This document shows positions 35,575 to 45,376 of a DNA stretch of 64,000 nucleotides, piece by piece. Both the position numbers and the translations under genes were made by a program. Origin of the DNA: an uncultured Solirubrobacterales bacterium. GTDB taxonomy: Bacteria; Actinomycetota; Thermoleophilia; Solirubrobacterales; 70-9. The DNA lies in the NCBI GenBank assembly GCA_963714155.1, contig OY970236.1:1028028-1092027 (forward strand). Reading direction: 5' to 3'. The first letter of the stretch is position 1. Each line of letters starts with the position of its first letter. The notes beneath the pieces were generated by a model. It made no database searches, was not told the DNA's origin, and was given only the letters and a program-made list of their open reading frames with translations.

Positions 35575-37400
35575 GCGGCGCGGCCGCCCGAGCGGGCGGC
35601 CTTCTGGCGTTTCAGTTTGTCGAGTTCGACCTTGCGCAGCCGCACCGACTCCGGCGTCACTTCGACGCACTCGTCCTCGCGCAGGAACTCGACCGCGGCT
35701 TCGAGGGAGAGGCGGGTGGGCGGTGCCATCCGCTCCAGCACGTCGGCGCTGGCGGCGCGCATGTTGGTCTGCTGCTTTTCCTTGGTCGCGTTGACGTCCA
35801 TGTCCTCGGCGCGGGCGTTCTCGCCGATGATCATCCCCTCGTAGACCTCCTCGCCGGGGCCGATGAAGAGGGTGCCCCGGTCCTGGATGCCGATCAGGGC
35901 GTAGCCGGCGCTCTTACCGCGGCGGTCGGCGACGATCGAGCCGGTCGGGCGCAGGCGCAGCTCACCCGCCCAGCGCTCCCAGTCCTCGAAGACGTGATGC
36001 ATAACGCCGGTGCCGCGGGTCTCGGTGAGGAACTCGGTGCGGAAGCCGATCAGGCCGCGGGCCGGCACCAGGTATTCCATCCGCACCCAGCCGGTGTCGT
36101 GGTTGGCCATCTGCTCGAGACGGCCCTTGCGACCCGCCAGCAGCTGGGTGATCGTGCCGACGTGCTCCTCGGGGGCGTCGATCGAGAGCCGCTCGACCGG
36201 CTCGTGCAGCTTGCCGTCGATCTCCTGCGTCAGCACTCGGGGCTGCCCAGCGGTCAGCTCGAAGCCCTCGCGCCGCATCAGCTCGAGCAGGATGACCAGC
36301 TGCAGCTCGCCGCGGCCCTGCACCTCCCAGGCATCGGGGCGCTCGGTGTCGTTGACTCGGATCGAGACGTTGCCGATCAGCTCGGCGTCGAGCCGATCGC
36401 GGACCTGGCGGGCGGTCAGCTTGCTGCCCTCGGTGCCGGCAAGGGGGGAGGTGTTGATCCCGAGCACGATCGAGAGCGAGGGCTCATCGACGGTGATCAC
36501 AGGCAGTGGGCGCGGATCCGCCGGGTCGGCAAGGGTCTCACCGATCGTGATCTCTTCCATCCCGGCGACGGCGATGATCTCGCCCGGACCGGCCTCCTCA
36601 GCGGCAACCCGTTCCAGTGCCTCGGTGATGTAGAGCTCAGAGACGGTGGCGCGCTCGATCGTGCCGTCGGCGCGGCACCAGGCGACCTGCTGGCCGGCCC
36701 GGATCGTGCCGTTGTGGACCCGGCAGAGCGCCAGGCGGCCGACGTAGGGCGAGGCGTCGAGGTTGGTCACGTGCGCCTGCAGCGGGTGGTCGGGGTCGTA
36801 CTCGGGTGCCGGGATCTTCTCCAGCATCAGGTTCATCAGGGGGGAGAGGTCGGTGCCCTCGACCCCCTCCTCGAGCGCGGCCCAGCCAGCCTTGGCGTTG
36901 GTGTAGACGATCGGGAAATCGATCTGCTCGGAGTCGGCGTCGAGGTCGAGGAAGAGCTCGTAGACCTCGTCGACGACCTCGGCGATGCGGGCGTCGGGGC
37001 GGTCGACCTTGTTGACGACGAGGATCACCGGCAGCCTTGCCTCCAGTGCCTTGCGCAAGACGAAGCGCGTCTGCGGCAGCGGTCCCTCGGAGGCATCGAC
37101 GAGCAGCAGCACGCCGTCGACCATGGTCAGGCCGCGCTCGACCTCGCCGCCGAAATCGGCGTGGCCGGGGGTGTCGACGATGTTCAGCTTCACGCCGTCG
37201 TAGTTGACGGCGGTGTTCTTGGCGAGAATCGTGATGCCCTTCTCGCGCTCGAGGTCCATCGAGTCCATCACCCGCTCTGCCACGTCCTGGCCCTTGCGGA
37301 AAGCGCCCGACTGCCAGAGCATCGCGTCGACCAGCGTCGTCTTGCCGTGGTCGACGTGGGCGACGATCGCGATATTTCTCAGATCGTTTCGAGTGGTCAT
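35571..37400 (-). CDS. typA: Translational GTPase TypA/BipA
   Basis: 609 aa. It begins [20 protein letters not shown] and continues with [19 protein letters not shown] and the TypA-specific C-terminal domain. Confidence 0.95.
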   Translation of the reverse strand: MTTRNDLRNIAIVAHVDHGKTTLVDAMLWQSGAFRKGQDVAERVMDSMDLEREKGITILAKNTAVNYDGVKLNIVDTPGHADFGGEVERGLTMVDGVLLLVDASEGPLPQTRFVLRKALEARLPVILVVNKVDRPDARIAEVVDEVYELFLDLDADSEQIDFPIVYTNAKAGWAALEEGVEGTDLSPLMNLMLEKIPAPEYDPDHPLQAHVTNLDASPYVGRLALCRVHNGTIRAGQQVAWCRADGTIERATVSELYITEALERVAAEEAGPGEIIAVAGMEEITIGETLADPADPRPLPVITVDEPSLSIVLGINTSPLAGTEGSKLTARQVRDRLDAELIGNVSIRVNDTERPDAWEVQGRGELQLVILLELMRREGFELTAGQPRVLTQEIDGKLHEPVERLSIDAPEEHVGTITQLLAGRKGRLEQMANHDTGWVRMEYLVPARGLIGFRTEFLTETRGTGVMHHVFEDWERWAGELRLRPTGSIVADRRGKSAGYALIGIQDRGTLFIGPGEEVYEGMIIGENARAEDMDVNATKEKQQTNMRAASADVLERMAPPTRLSLEAAVEFLREDECVEVTPESVRLRKVELDKLKRQKAARSGGRAA

Positions 37401-37457
37401 GAATTGGGAAGGAAGAGGGGAGTGCGGTGCGCGATTCGCAATTGCCTGAATCTCGTG

Positions 37458-37489
37458 ACAAAAACGGGGCCCGCCTTGCGGCGGGCCCC
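37458..37489 (-). terminator. Rho-independent terminator downstream of the cold-shock gene
   Basis: On the - strand: GGGGCCCGCC-GCAA-GGCGGGCCCC followed by GUUUUUGU. Confidence 0.8.
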
Positions 37490-37514
37490 GTAACTACTCA
37501 AGTTCGGTACGCGA

Positions 37515-37721
37515 CTACGAGGTCTGCTGAACGCTCGCAGCGGCTGGGCCCTTGGGGCCTTCCTCGGACTCGTACGTCACCTTGGCGCCCTCTGCAAGGG
37601 ACTTGAAGCCCTCACCGAGGATGGCGCTGTGATGGACGAAGACGTCCTTCGAGCCGTCATCGGGCGTGATAAACCCGTAGCCCTTGTCGTCGCTGAACCA
37701 CTTGACTGTTCCAGTCGGCAT
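37515..37721 (-). CDS. cspA: Cold-shock protein (CspA family)
   Basis: 68 aa. It starts [23 protein letters not shown] and carries VFVHHSAI (the RNP1 and RNP2 motifs). A strong SD (gtggaggc) is present, and about 200 nt of upstream non-coding leader space follows. Confidence 0.95.
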   Translation of the reverse strand: MPTGTVKWFSDDKGYGFITPDDGSKDVFVHHSAILGEGFKSLAEGAKVTYESEEGPKGPAAASVQQTS

Positions 37722-37919
37722 TTATTGCCTCCACTTGTTGTGCTGCGAACGCGGAGGCTTCGGTAAAGCAACGACGCGAGCGCTAGACACGACTTTTTGC
37801 CGGATATCAATCCGACCTAACGCGGGGACCGTAGCAGGGATTAAGCCGGGGGCGCGGCGCTCGGATCGCCGTCCAGCCGTGTTTCAGGAAGCTAGGAGAC
37901 CAGTCGATACGGTGACCAG

Positions 37920-40274
37920 ATGACGTCTACGCACAGTCCCCGCGGGTGGGTGGGAGGTTTCGTGACTGCCCTGCTCGTTCTTGCGATGGCGGCGCTGCCC
38001 GGCTCGGCAGCGGCGATGCGGGGATCCGGCGACCTCTCGCCCCGGCTCGCCAAGCTCGCCGGCGCCTCGCTGCGCGACGCCCCTCCCGCCACCCAGGCCA
38101 AGGCGCTCGGCCTCGCCCCTGATGGCCTGGCGCGCCGGGGCCGCCGCCTCCTGGTCGACGTTCGCTTCGCCGGTGGCGCGTCGTCGGTGCGTGAGGATCT
38201 GCGCCAGGCCGGTGCCACGATCGTCGCCGTGAGCCGTCGCTATCAGACGGTCACCGCCGCTACAGACCCATCCAGGTTGCGTGCGATCGCCGCTGAGCCC
38301 GGGGTTGAGGGCGTAACGCCGGTCTTTGCCCCGGTGGCGACAGCGGCGACCTGCCCCTCTGGAGCGGACGTCTCCGAGGGCGATGTCCAGCTGGAAGCCA
38401 AAGCCGCCCGGGAAGCCAATCCCGGCGTCGATGGAACCGGCATCACCGTCGGCATCCTTTCCGACTCGTTTGATCAGGCGACTGAGGGCGAGGACGGCGA
38501 ACCGATCGAGACGAAAGCTGGCGATGACGTCAAAAGCGCCGACCTTCCGGGCACGGAAAACGAATGCGGCCACACCACGCCGGTTGAAGTGTTGAGCGAA
38601 CAGAGCAATGCCGCCGGGGCCAGCGATGAGGGCCGGGCGATGGCGCAGATCGTCCACGACCTCGCGCCGGGAGCGGATCTCCAGTTCGCCTCCGCCTTCA
38701 ACGGGGAAATATCCTTCGCCAACAACATCAGGGCTCTGTCCACGGCTGGCGCCGACGTGATCGCCGACGACGTCTTCTATCCGGGTGAGCCCTTCTTCCA
38801 GGATGGGCCGATCGCGGTTGCCGTCGCGGAAGTCGTCGAAGACGGCGCCACCTACTTCTCTGCCGCCGGCAACAACAACCTGATCGAAGAAGACGAAGAC
38901 GAAGAACGCCACGACATCGCCTCATGGGAAACCCCCGGCTACAGGGACGCGGGGAGCTGTCCGCCGGCCATTCAGGCGATCTCGGGGGCAAAAGCCACGC
39001 ACTGCCTCGACTTCAACCCGGGCTCGGCGGTGGACCGGACTTTCGGCGTCAAAGTGGAAGCGGGGGCGACGCTGGCGCTCGATCTGCAGTGGGACGAGCC
39101 GTGGAACGGCGTCGACACCGACCTCGACGCGTTCCTGCTCGACTCTGCCGGCAACCGCCTCGTCGGCTTCGAATCGCGCGAAGACAACGTCGAAATCAGC
39201 CAGACTCCGGTGGAGGTTCTCGAATGGCCGAATTCGAGCGGCAGCACGAAGACGGTGCAGCTCGTCATCAATCGCTTCTCCGGGGCAACCCCGCGGGTCA
39301 AGTTCGCCCTGATCCAGAACGGCGGCGGTGTCTCCGCCACTGAGTACCCGCGTTCGAGTGGCGAAGATGTCGTCGGCCCGACGATCTTCGGTCACAGCGG
39401 CACCGCCGCGGCGATCTCGACCGGGGCGGTCTTCTTCGGCGACAAATCGGAACTGGAGGATTACTCGTCGCGCGGGCCGGTCCGCCACGATTTCGGCCCG
39501 GTGGTGGACGACACCCCAGCCGCGCCACTCGGTCTCCCGGAAGAGCTTTCGAAGCCCGACCTGGTCGCGACCGACTGCGGCAAGACGACGTTCTTCTCCT
39601 TCTTCGTCTTCGGCGCTTGGCACTTCTGCGGAACCTCGGCGGCAGCGCCGCATACGGCGGCTGTTGCAGCCCTGATGCTCGATGCGGAACCCGCCGCCGC
39701 ACCGGAAGACGTTCGCGGAGCGCTCGTCGCCAGTGCTGTCGAAGTCGGCGTAACCGGCACGTTCGGTCCTTGTGATGTCGGCGCGGGACTGGTCGAAGCG
39801 GTCGGTGCGATTGAAGAAGCGCTTGCTCAAACGGGCGCCGGCGGTCCCGTCTGCGAGCCGCCCGAATCCGAAGTTGACCCCGATCAAGCCGCCGCCCCGG
39901 GGGACTGGGGAAGCGAGGTTCCGCCGGCCCCACCGACAGGCGGTGGCCCGACGCCAACGCCGCCCACCCCGCAGCCCGAAAAAGAAGAACCGAAGCCCGT
40001 AGTCCTCCCTCACACCTTCTTCCTGCAGCGCCCGGCGAAGATCATCCGCACCCAGACCCGCGCGGCGAGGGCGGTGTTCCTCTTCGGCTCGGACAAGGAC
40101 GGTGTCACTTTCGTCTGCCGTATCGACGGCGCCCCGTTCCGGACCTGCTCCGAACGCCTGGCGCGGCGTTTCCCACTCGGCTGGCACACGATCAAGGTCG
40201 CTGCCCTGGACGCGGAAGGCAACGGCGACAAGACCCCGGCCAGCTACCGCTTCAAGGTCAAAAAAGTCCGCTGA
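37920..40274 (+). CDS. Secreted subtilisin-like (S8) serine peptidase with a Pro/Thr linker and a C-terminal Ig-like domain
   Basis: 784 aa with signal peptide FVTALLVLAMAALPGSAAA. The Ser motif is CGTSAAAPHTAAVAALML. The Asp candidate is GITVGILSDSFD. I could not place the His confidently (the DEGRAMAQIVHDLAPGA region). The C-terminus FVCRIDGAPFRTCS...GWHTIKVAALDAEGNGDKTPASYRFKV looks like a common actinobacterial Ig-like module. Confidence 0.8.
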   Translation: MTSTHSPRGWVGGFVTALLVLAMAALPGSAAAMRGSGDLSPRLAKLAGASLRDAPPATQAKALGLAPDGLARRGRRLLVDVRFAGGASSVREDLRQAGATIVAVSRRYQTVTAATDPSRLRAIAAEPGVEGVTPVFAPVATAATCPSGADVSEGDVQLEAKAAREANPGVDGTGITVGILSDSFDQATEGEDGEPIETKAGDDVKSADLPGTENECGHTTPVEVLSEQSNAAGASDEGRAMAQIVHDLAPGADLQFASAFNGEISFANNIRALSTAGADVIADDVFYPGEPFFQDGPIAVAVAEVVEDGATYFSAAGNNNLIEEDEDEERHDIASWETPGYRDAGSCPPAIQAISGAKATHCLDFNPGSAVDRTFGVKVEAGATLALDLQWDEPWNGVDTDLDAFLLDSAGNRLVGFESREDNVEISQTPVEVLEWPNSSGSTKTVQLVINRFSGATPRVKFALIQNGGGVSATEYPRSSGEDVVGPTIFGHSGTAAAISTGAVFFGDKSELEDYSSRGPVRHDFGPVVDDTPAAPLGLPEELSKPDLVATDCGKTTFFSFFVFGAWHFCGTSAAAPHTAAVAALMLDAEPAAAPEDVRGALVASAVEVGVTGTFGPCDVGAGLVEAVGAIEEALAQTGAGGPVCEPPESEVDPDQAAAPGDWGSEVPPAPPTGGGPTPTPPTPQPEKEEPKPVVLPHTFFLQRPAKIIRTQTRAARAVFLFGSDKDGVTFVCRIDGAPFRTCSERLARRFPLGWHTIKVAALDAEGNGDKTPASYRFKVKKVR

Positions 40275-40854
40275 GCAGATCGAGCTGGGTGCCGAAGTAG
40301 ACCGAGATCGCCGTGATCGGCAGGTAGCCGACCGCTGTCGTCCAGACAAAGCGCCAGACCGGCACCCGGGCCGCTCCGGCGGCGTAGGAAACGAGGCTGA
40401 AGGGGAAGATCGGGATCAGCCGCGCGGCGATCAGGACCTTGGGGCCGCCGCGCTCGATCCTGGCCTCGATTCGCTCGAAGCGCTCGCGGCCCAGCCAGCG
40501 GTCGAGCAGCGGCCTTGCCACCGAGCGGCCGATCGCAAAGCAGACAAGGCCCGAGAGCAGCCAGCTGAGCATCATCAGGGCCAGGGCGGGGATGAAGCCG
40601 TAGACGAGCCCCGCCGCCGCGTCGACGATCTCGGCCGGGTAGAAGACCACCGCGTGAATCAGGGCGAGGACGAGGATCAGCAGCGGGCCGGCGATGCCGA
40701 GGCTGTCGATCTCGCGGCGCACCTCGTCGGTATCGCCGTGGACCGCCGCGACCGCGGCGTCGTGCAGGGCGGGGACGGCGAAGACCAGCCCGGCCAGCAG
40801 GGCAATGCCGGCGAGGGTGACGCCGATCTCGAGCAGGGGTGGGCGGTTATCCAC
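40258..40854 (-). CDS. TVP38/TMEM64 (DedA-related, SNARE-associated) family membrane protein
   Basis: 198 aa. VFYPAEIVDAAAGLVYGF and RLIPIFPFSLVSYAAGAARV are typical of the family. Confidence 0.75.
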   Translation of the reverse strand: MDNRPPLLEIGVTLAGIALLAGLVFAVPALHDAAVAAVHGDTDEVRREIDSLGIAGPLLILVLALIHAVVFYPAEIVDAAAGLVYGFIPALALMMLSWLLSGLVCFAIGRSVARPLLDRWLGRERFERIEARIERGGPKVLIAARLIPIFPFSLVSYAAGAARVPVWRFVWTTAVGYLPITAISVYFGTQLDLLSGLF

Positions 40855-42985
40855 GCAGGCGCTCGGCCAGTCCGGAATGCCGTCCGCCGCTGTCGTCGCG
40901 GCGGACGGCCGCTCCCAGCACCGCGCGGTCGCCGATCAGGACGCAGCTGCTGCGCGCCCGGGTGATCGCCGTGTAGAGCAGCGGGCGGGTCAGCATCCGC
41001 GAGTGCGAGCGGTGGCAGACGCCGACCACGACCGGGACCTCGCAGCCCTGCGCCTTGTGCACCGAGATCGCGTAGGCGAGCCGCAGGGTTGTGGTCTCGC
41101 CGTAGGGGATCGTCAGTGTCTCGCCCTCGTCGGTGTCGACGACGATCTCTTCGTCGGTGGGATCGTCGGCGCGCAGGAAGACGATCGATCCGTTCATCAG
41201 GCCGAGCTCGTGCGAGTTCCGCGTCTGGATCAGCCGGTCGCCGACCCGGAAGCGCTCGCCGACCGCGCGCTTGCCATTGGGGTTGAGCGTTGCCTGCAGG
41301 CGCTCGTTGAGGGCGTCGATCCCGATCGCGCCCCGGTACATCGGAGCCAGCACCTGCACCTCGCGGATCGGGTCGACGCCGAAGCGCTTCGGAGCACGCT
41401 CGGCCACCACCTCGACCACGGCCTCCAGGGCCCGCTCGGGATTGGTGCGCTCGATGAAGAAGAAGTCGTGGTCCTGGTCCTCACCCGGCTCGAGATGGGG
41501 TTCGCGGCCCTGGTTGATCTCGTGGGCGGCGGTGGTGATCATCGAGCGGGCGGCCTGACGGAAGATCTGGGTGAGACGGACGACCGGGACGATCTCGGCG
41601 GCGATCAGGTCCTCGAAGGGCTTGCCCGCCCCGATCGGCGGCAGCTGGTCGGCGTCGCCGACGAAGACGATGTGGGTCGACTCGGCGAGGCCGCCGAGCA
41701 GGACCTCGATCAGGCGCAGGTTGAGCATCGAGGACTCGTCGACGATCACCAGGTCGGCGGGCAGCGGGTGGCCCGGCTTGAAGGCCGGCTCACGGCCGGG
41801 GCTCCACTCGAGCATGCGGTGGATCGTCTGCGCCGAATGGCCGGTCGCCTCCTCGAGCCGGCGGGCGGCGCGACCGGTGGGAGCGCAGAGGGCGATGCGC
41901 AGGTGGGCACTTTCGGCCTCCTCGACGATTGCCCGTGTGCAGGCGGTCTTACCGACGCCCGGGCCGCCGGTGAGAACTGAGATCCGCGCGCCGAAGGCGC
42001 CGCGCACGGCCGACCACTGCTCATCGGTCAGTTCGGTGTCCGTCCCATCAGGGGCGGGCGCCTCGCCGGGGTCATGGTCGAGGTGGGGCGGGGCGACGCT
42101 GCGAGTCGCCAGGGTCGCCGCCACGGCGAGCTCGCTGGTGTGGGTGAACTGGCGGTAGAGGCGGCCCTCGTCGACGACCAGGCCGCTTGCTTCGCAGAGC
42201 ACCTCGGGATCCGGGGCGAGGCCAATCAGCTTGGCGGTGCGAGTCGTCAGCTCCGCGATCGGCAGGTAGCTGTTGCCCTGCTGCTCGGCCTCGCCAAGGG
42301 CGTACACCGCTGCCGCCTGGGCGCGGCGGCTTGACTCCGGCGGCACATCGGCGGCGAGGGCGATCTTGTCGGCGCGGACGAAGCCGACGCCGTCAACCTC
42401 GGTCAGCCGGTAGGGGTCCTCGTGCAGGATCGCCATCGAGCTCTCGCCGAAGCGGGCGTGGATCGGCGCCGCCAGGTGGGCCAGGCCATGGGGGGCGAGC
42501 TGCACGTGCAGGTCGCGCACGGCGCGGCTGGCGTGCCAGGACTCGGTTGCGGCCGCGGCCTGGTCGGCGCTGATGCCTCGCAGCGAGCTGAACACCGCCT
42601 GCGGGTTTGCCGCGATCGCGCCCAGCACTCCCTCGCCGTGCTCGTCGACCAGTCGTTCGGCCCGCGCCGGGCCGATGTGGCGCAGCGAGGTCAGGTAGGC
42701 GATCTGGCCCTCGCGGTCGGCGGGATCGAGTGGCAGCGCCCCTTGTGCTCGCAGCTGGCGCCCGTAGCGGCTGTGCGTCTGCCACTCGCCGCTGACTTCG
42801 GCCCGGTCGCCGACCCCGAGGTGGGCGACCGGTCCGACCAGAGCGAACCCCTCGCCCGACTCGGCGTCCTGGACCTCCAGCACCGCGTAGCCGTCGTCCT
42901 CGGCGGCGAAGATGACGCCGAGCACCTCGACCGTGGCCGAGTAAGCCGCGGCGTCAGCGTCGAAGAGCGTGGCCGTGCCGTTCAC
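40847..42985 (-). CDS. recD2: RecD2-type SF1B ATP-dependent DNA helicase (RecD/TraA family)
   Basis: 712 aa. Walker A is LTGGPGVGKT. VFVGDADQLPPIGAGKPFEDL, QIFRQA and AISVHKAQGCEVPVVV are present, as is an HhH-rich N-terminal region. The start is GTG. Confidence 0.9.
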   Translation of the reverse strand: MNGTATLFDADAAAYSATVEVLGVIFAAEDDGYAVLEVQDAESGEGFALVGPVAHLGVGDRAEVSGEWQTHSRYGRQLRAQGALPLDPADREGQIAYLTSLRHIGPARAERLVDEHGEGVLGAIAANPQAVFSSLRGISADQAAAATESWHASRAVRDLHVQLAPHGLAHLAAPIHARFGESSMAILHEDPYRLTEVDGVGFVRADKIALAADVPPESSRRAQAAAVYALGEAEQQGNSYLPIAELTTRTAKLIGLAPDPEVLCEASGLVVDEGRLYRQFTHTSELAVAATLATRSVAPPHLDHDPGEAPAPDGTDTELTDEQWSAVRGAFGARISVLTGGPGVGKTACTRAIVEEAESAHLRIALCAPTGRAARRLEEATGHSAQTIHRMLEWSPGREPAFKPGHPLPADLVIVDESSMLNLRLIEVLLGGLAESTHIVFVGDADQLPPIGAGKPFEDLIAAEIVPVVRLTQIFRQAARSMITTAAHEINQGREPHLEPGEDQDHDFFFIERTNPERALEAVVEVVAERAPKRFGVDPIREVQVLAPMYRGAIGIDALNERLQATLNPNGKRAVGERFRVGDRLIQTRNSHELGLMNGSIVFLRADDPTDEEIVVDTDEGETLTIPYGETTTLRLAYAISVHKAQGCEVPVVVGVCHRSHSRMLTRPLLYTAITRARSSCVLIGDRAVLGAAVRRDDSGGRHSGLAERLRG

Positions 42986-43001
42986 ACGGCAAAGCTAGCC
43001 T

Positions 43002-43193
43002 GTGGCGAAGATGGCCGAGCGACCAGTTTCCGGTCTCTGCGACAGCTGCATGCACCAGCAGTTGGTGCCGAACACGCGCGGGTCGGTCTTCTCGCTCTGC
43101 CAGCGCTCGCGCACCGACCCGCGCTATCCGCGTTACCCGAGGCTCCCCGTTGGCGCCTGTCCCGGTTACGAGCGGCGCCGGGAGGAGGATTGA
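43002..43193 (+). CDS. Small Cys-rich protein (CxxC...C...C), unknown function
   Basis: 63-aa ORF (GTG 43002 or ATG 43011). The sequence is CDSCMHQQLVPNTRGSVFSLCQRSRTDPRYPRYPRLPVGACPGYERR. Its four Cys could bind a metal. It lies only 16-25 nt from the divergent recD2 start. Confidence 0.4.
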   Translation: MAKMAERPVSGLCDSCMHQQLVPNTRGSVFSLCQRSRTDPRYPRYPRLPVGACPGYERRREED

Positions 43194-43206
43194 TCGGAGG
43201 CCAGGC

Positions 43207-43599
43207 TCAGCTTGCCATCGGGTCCGGCACGCCCAGCTTGGAGATTTCCGGCGCCTCGTAGGTGCCGCCGGGAACCCCGCCGATGATCAGCAGCCGCAGG
43301 CCGTCCGCTCCCGGCCAGACCTTGCGCTTGACGCCGGAGGCCACCCGGGCGATGTGCTCGGAGTCGAGCGGAAAGCGCTCGCCCTCGATCTCGATCTCGC
43401 CGCTGCCGCGCAGGGCCGTGAAGACCTCCTCCTGGCCGTCTTCGGCGTGGTCGTGCTCGGGGTAGTTCTCGAAGTTGGGTGGCAGGTCGATCACCTGGAT
43501 GCCGAACGATTCGACCTCCAGTTCCGCTCGCACCCGCTTGAAGGCGCCGAGGTAAACCGCCTCCATGTCATCGATCTTCTTCACCGCGTATCCCGCCAT
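43207..43599 (-). CDS. Cupin-domain protein
   Basis: The ATG at 43599 is preceded by aggagga; the track start at 43698 is unlikely. The motif PEHDHAEDGQEEVF...GSGEIEIEG is a cupin-type metal site. Confidence 0.7.
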   Translation of the reverse strand: MAGYAVKKIDDMEAVYLGAFKRVRAELEVESFGIQVIDLPPNFENYPEHDHAEDGQEEVFTALRGSGEIEIEGERFPLDSEHIARVASGVKRKVWPGADGLRLLIIGGVPGGTYEAPEISKLGVPDPMAS

Positions 43600-43655
43600 C
43601 GTCTCTCCTCCTGATTCGTCGGTCAGCTGCTTGGCGGGCGCAGGGTAGCGAATGA

Positions 43656-43667
43656 ACGAACGTTCGT
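43656..43667. promoter_or_regulatory. 12-bp perfect palindrome ACGAACGTTCGT between the divergent cupin and TetR genes (candidate TetR operator)
   Basis: Read directly at 43656-43667. It is flanked by an A/T-richer stretch (gaatga ... gctttttt). Confidence 0.45.
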
Positions 43668-43673
43668 GCTTTT

Positions 43674-44294
43674 TTGTACTCTGACCGGGTGGCTGCAACG
43701 AGCGAGGCGACCGTGGAGCGCGAGCGAGGCAAGGGGGCCGGTACCCGTGCCGCGATTCTCGCGCGTGCCCTCGACCTTGCCTCCGTCGACGGCCTCGAGG
43801 GCCTGACGATCGGTCGTCTCGCGGCCGAGCTCGAGATGAGCAAGAGCGGCGTCTTCGCCCACTTCGGCTCCAAGCAGGAGCTGCAGCTTGCGACCGTCGG
43901 CGCCGCCGCGGAACGCTTCCGCACGGAAGTGATCGAGCCTGCCCTGCAGGCGCCGGACGGCGTTCCCCGCCTCGAGGCGATGGCCGGCTCCTACCTCGTC
44001 CATCTCGAGGGCAACCAGTACGCCGGCGGCTGCTTCTGGGCCGCGACCTCGGCCGAGTACGACGATCGCCCGGGGCCGGTTCGCGACGCGATCGTCGGCG
44101 CGCTCGATGCTTGGCTCGGCGAGCTCGAGCGACAGGCGCGGATCGCCGGATCGCCCGATCCCCGGCGCTTCGCCTTCGAGCTCTACGCGGTGGTGATGGG
44201 GGCCAACTCGCGCTACCGGCTGAGCGGCGATCGCGCCGTCTTCGGCTACGCCCGCGACGCGGTCGAGCGCCTACTGGGCGAGCTACCCGGTTAG
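43674..44294 (+). CDS. TetR/AcrR family transcriptional regulator
   Basis: The HTH region is RAAILARALDLASVDGLEGLTIGRLAAELEMSKSGVFAHFGSKQELQ. The start is uncertain (TTG 43674, GTG 43689 or GTG 43713). Confidence 0.85.
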   Translation: MYSDRVAATSEATVERERGKGAGTRAAILARALDLASVDGLEGLTIGRLAAELEMSKSGVFAHFGSKQELQLATVGAAAERFRTEVIEPALQAPDGVPRLEAMAGSYLVHLEGNQYAGGCFWAATSAEYDDRPGPVRDAIVGALDAWLGELERQARIAGSPDPRRFAFELYAVVMGANSRYRLSGDRAVFGYARDAVERLLGELPG

Positions 44295-44299
44295 AGCGC

Positions 44300-44734
44300 T
44301 CAGTCGAGCAGGCCGACCTGGCGCAGGATCGAGACCGAGTCCGAGTAGACGTCCTTGCGCTTGATCAGCCCGTGCTCGAAGGGGATCACGTCGACGCCGT
44401 CCCAGCTCACCGTGCGACCGCTGGGCGGTGCCTCGATCTCGCCGCGGCGCAGCGTGTTGGCGTGGGTGGCGGTGGCGGTCCACTCTTGAGTCACGACGCC
44501 ATCGCGCACGTAGAGCCGCCGCGTCTCGAACTTCATCTCGGGCCAGGCCTCGAAGATCCTGGCGATGTGCCCCCGCACCTCCTCGCCGCTGGCCGTCTCG
44601 CCGGCGGTGTGGTTGGCGAAGACCATGTCCGGCGCGTGCATCGCCACGATCGCGTCGAGATCCTGCGCGTTCCAAGCCTCGTTGTAGCGCCCGATCGCTT
44701 CGGTCAGGGCCTCGACTCCATCGCGCTCGTCCAT
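44300..44734 (-). CDS. SnoaL-like / NTF2-fold protein (ester cyclase-like)
   Basis: 144 aa. AIGRYNEAWNAQDLDAIVAMHAPDMVFANH is the typical SnoaL_2 opening. Confidence 0.7.
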   Translation of the reverse strand: MDERDGVEALTEAIGRYNEAWNAQDLDAIVAMHAPDMVFANHTAGETASGEEVRGHIARIFEAWPEMKFETRRLYVRDGVVTQEWTATATHANTLRRGEIEAPPSGRTVSWDGVDVIPFEHGLIKRKDVYSDSVSILRQVGLLD

Positions 44735-44767
44735 CGGGCCTACTGTAGCCCGCGCCCCTCCCTCCGC

Positions 44768-45274
44768 CTATTTGGCGCTGACCGGCGTGGCGGGGGGCGC
44801 CCCTGCCTCGAGCAGGGTGGCGAGGTAGATCACCACCGGCTTCGAGCCATTGTTGGCGGCGCGATGGATGTCGGACGGTTGCTCGACGATCCACTCGCCC
44901 GCCTCGATCCTGCCGGTCTGGCCCGCTTCGATCGTGCGTACGACGGTCGGGTTCGCGTCGGACTGGCCGCGGCTGACGACTACCGAGCCCTGCTGGACGG
45001 TGTAGGTGAGGACGCCGGATTCGATCCGGGCCACCTGGGTGCCGAGGTGATGATGGAGGGCCAACTTCGCCCCGGCCGGTACGACCACGCGGCTGAGCAC
45101 CAGTTCCCGTTTGGGCGCGCCCTGCACCCGCGCCGTCTGGGCCATCGCGTCGCGCTTCGCTTCCGCTGCGCCGGTGGCGCTCGTGGCCGAGTCGTCGCCA
45201 GCGAGGCCGGCGAGCGCCGCCACGGTCACAGCCAGGATCGTCAGAACAGCTGCCAATCGGGTTCTCGATTCCAT
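44768..45274 (-). CDS. Secreted cupin-domain protein
   Basis: 168 aa with signal peptide RLAAVLTILAVTVAALAGLAG. The cupin core is GAKLALHHHLGTQVARIESG ... EQPSDIHRAANNG. Confidence 0.6.
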   Translation of the reverse strand: MESRTRLAAVLTILAVTVAALAGLAGDDSATSATGAAEAKRDAMAQTARVQGAPKRELVLSRVVVPAGAKLALHHHLGTQVARIESGVLTYTVQQGSVVVSRGQSDANPTVVRTIEAGQTGRIEAGEWIVEQPSDIHRAANNGSKPVVIYLATLLEAGAPPATPVSAK

Positions 45275-45376
45275 TGCCGGGACAGGCTTTCAGGGCATCC
45301 GGCGGAAGCGAGCGGGCCGGCGATTCGGGTTGGCTAATGTGATCGCCGAGCGGATGCAAAGCGAGGGAGGCCGGGG

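Noticed and set aside
40258-42985. RecD-like helicase as part of a defence island
   Set aside because: The domain layout is ordinary RecD2. The neighbours are a TVP38 membrane protein and a mini-ORF. No nuclease, methylase or other defence gene is adjacent.
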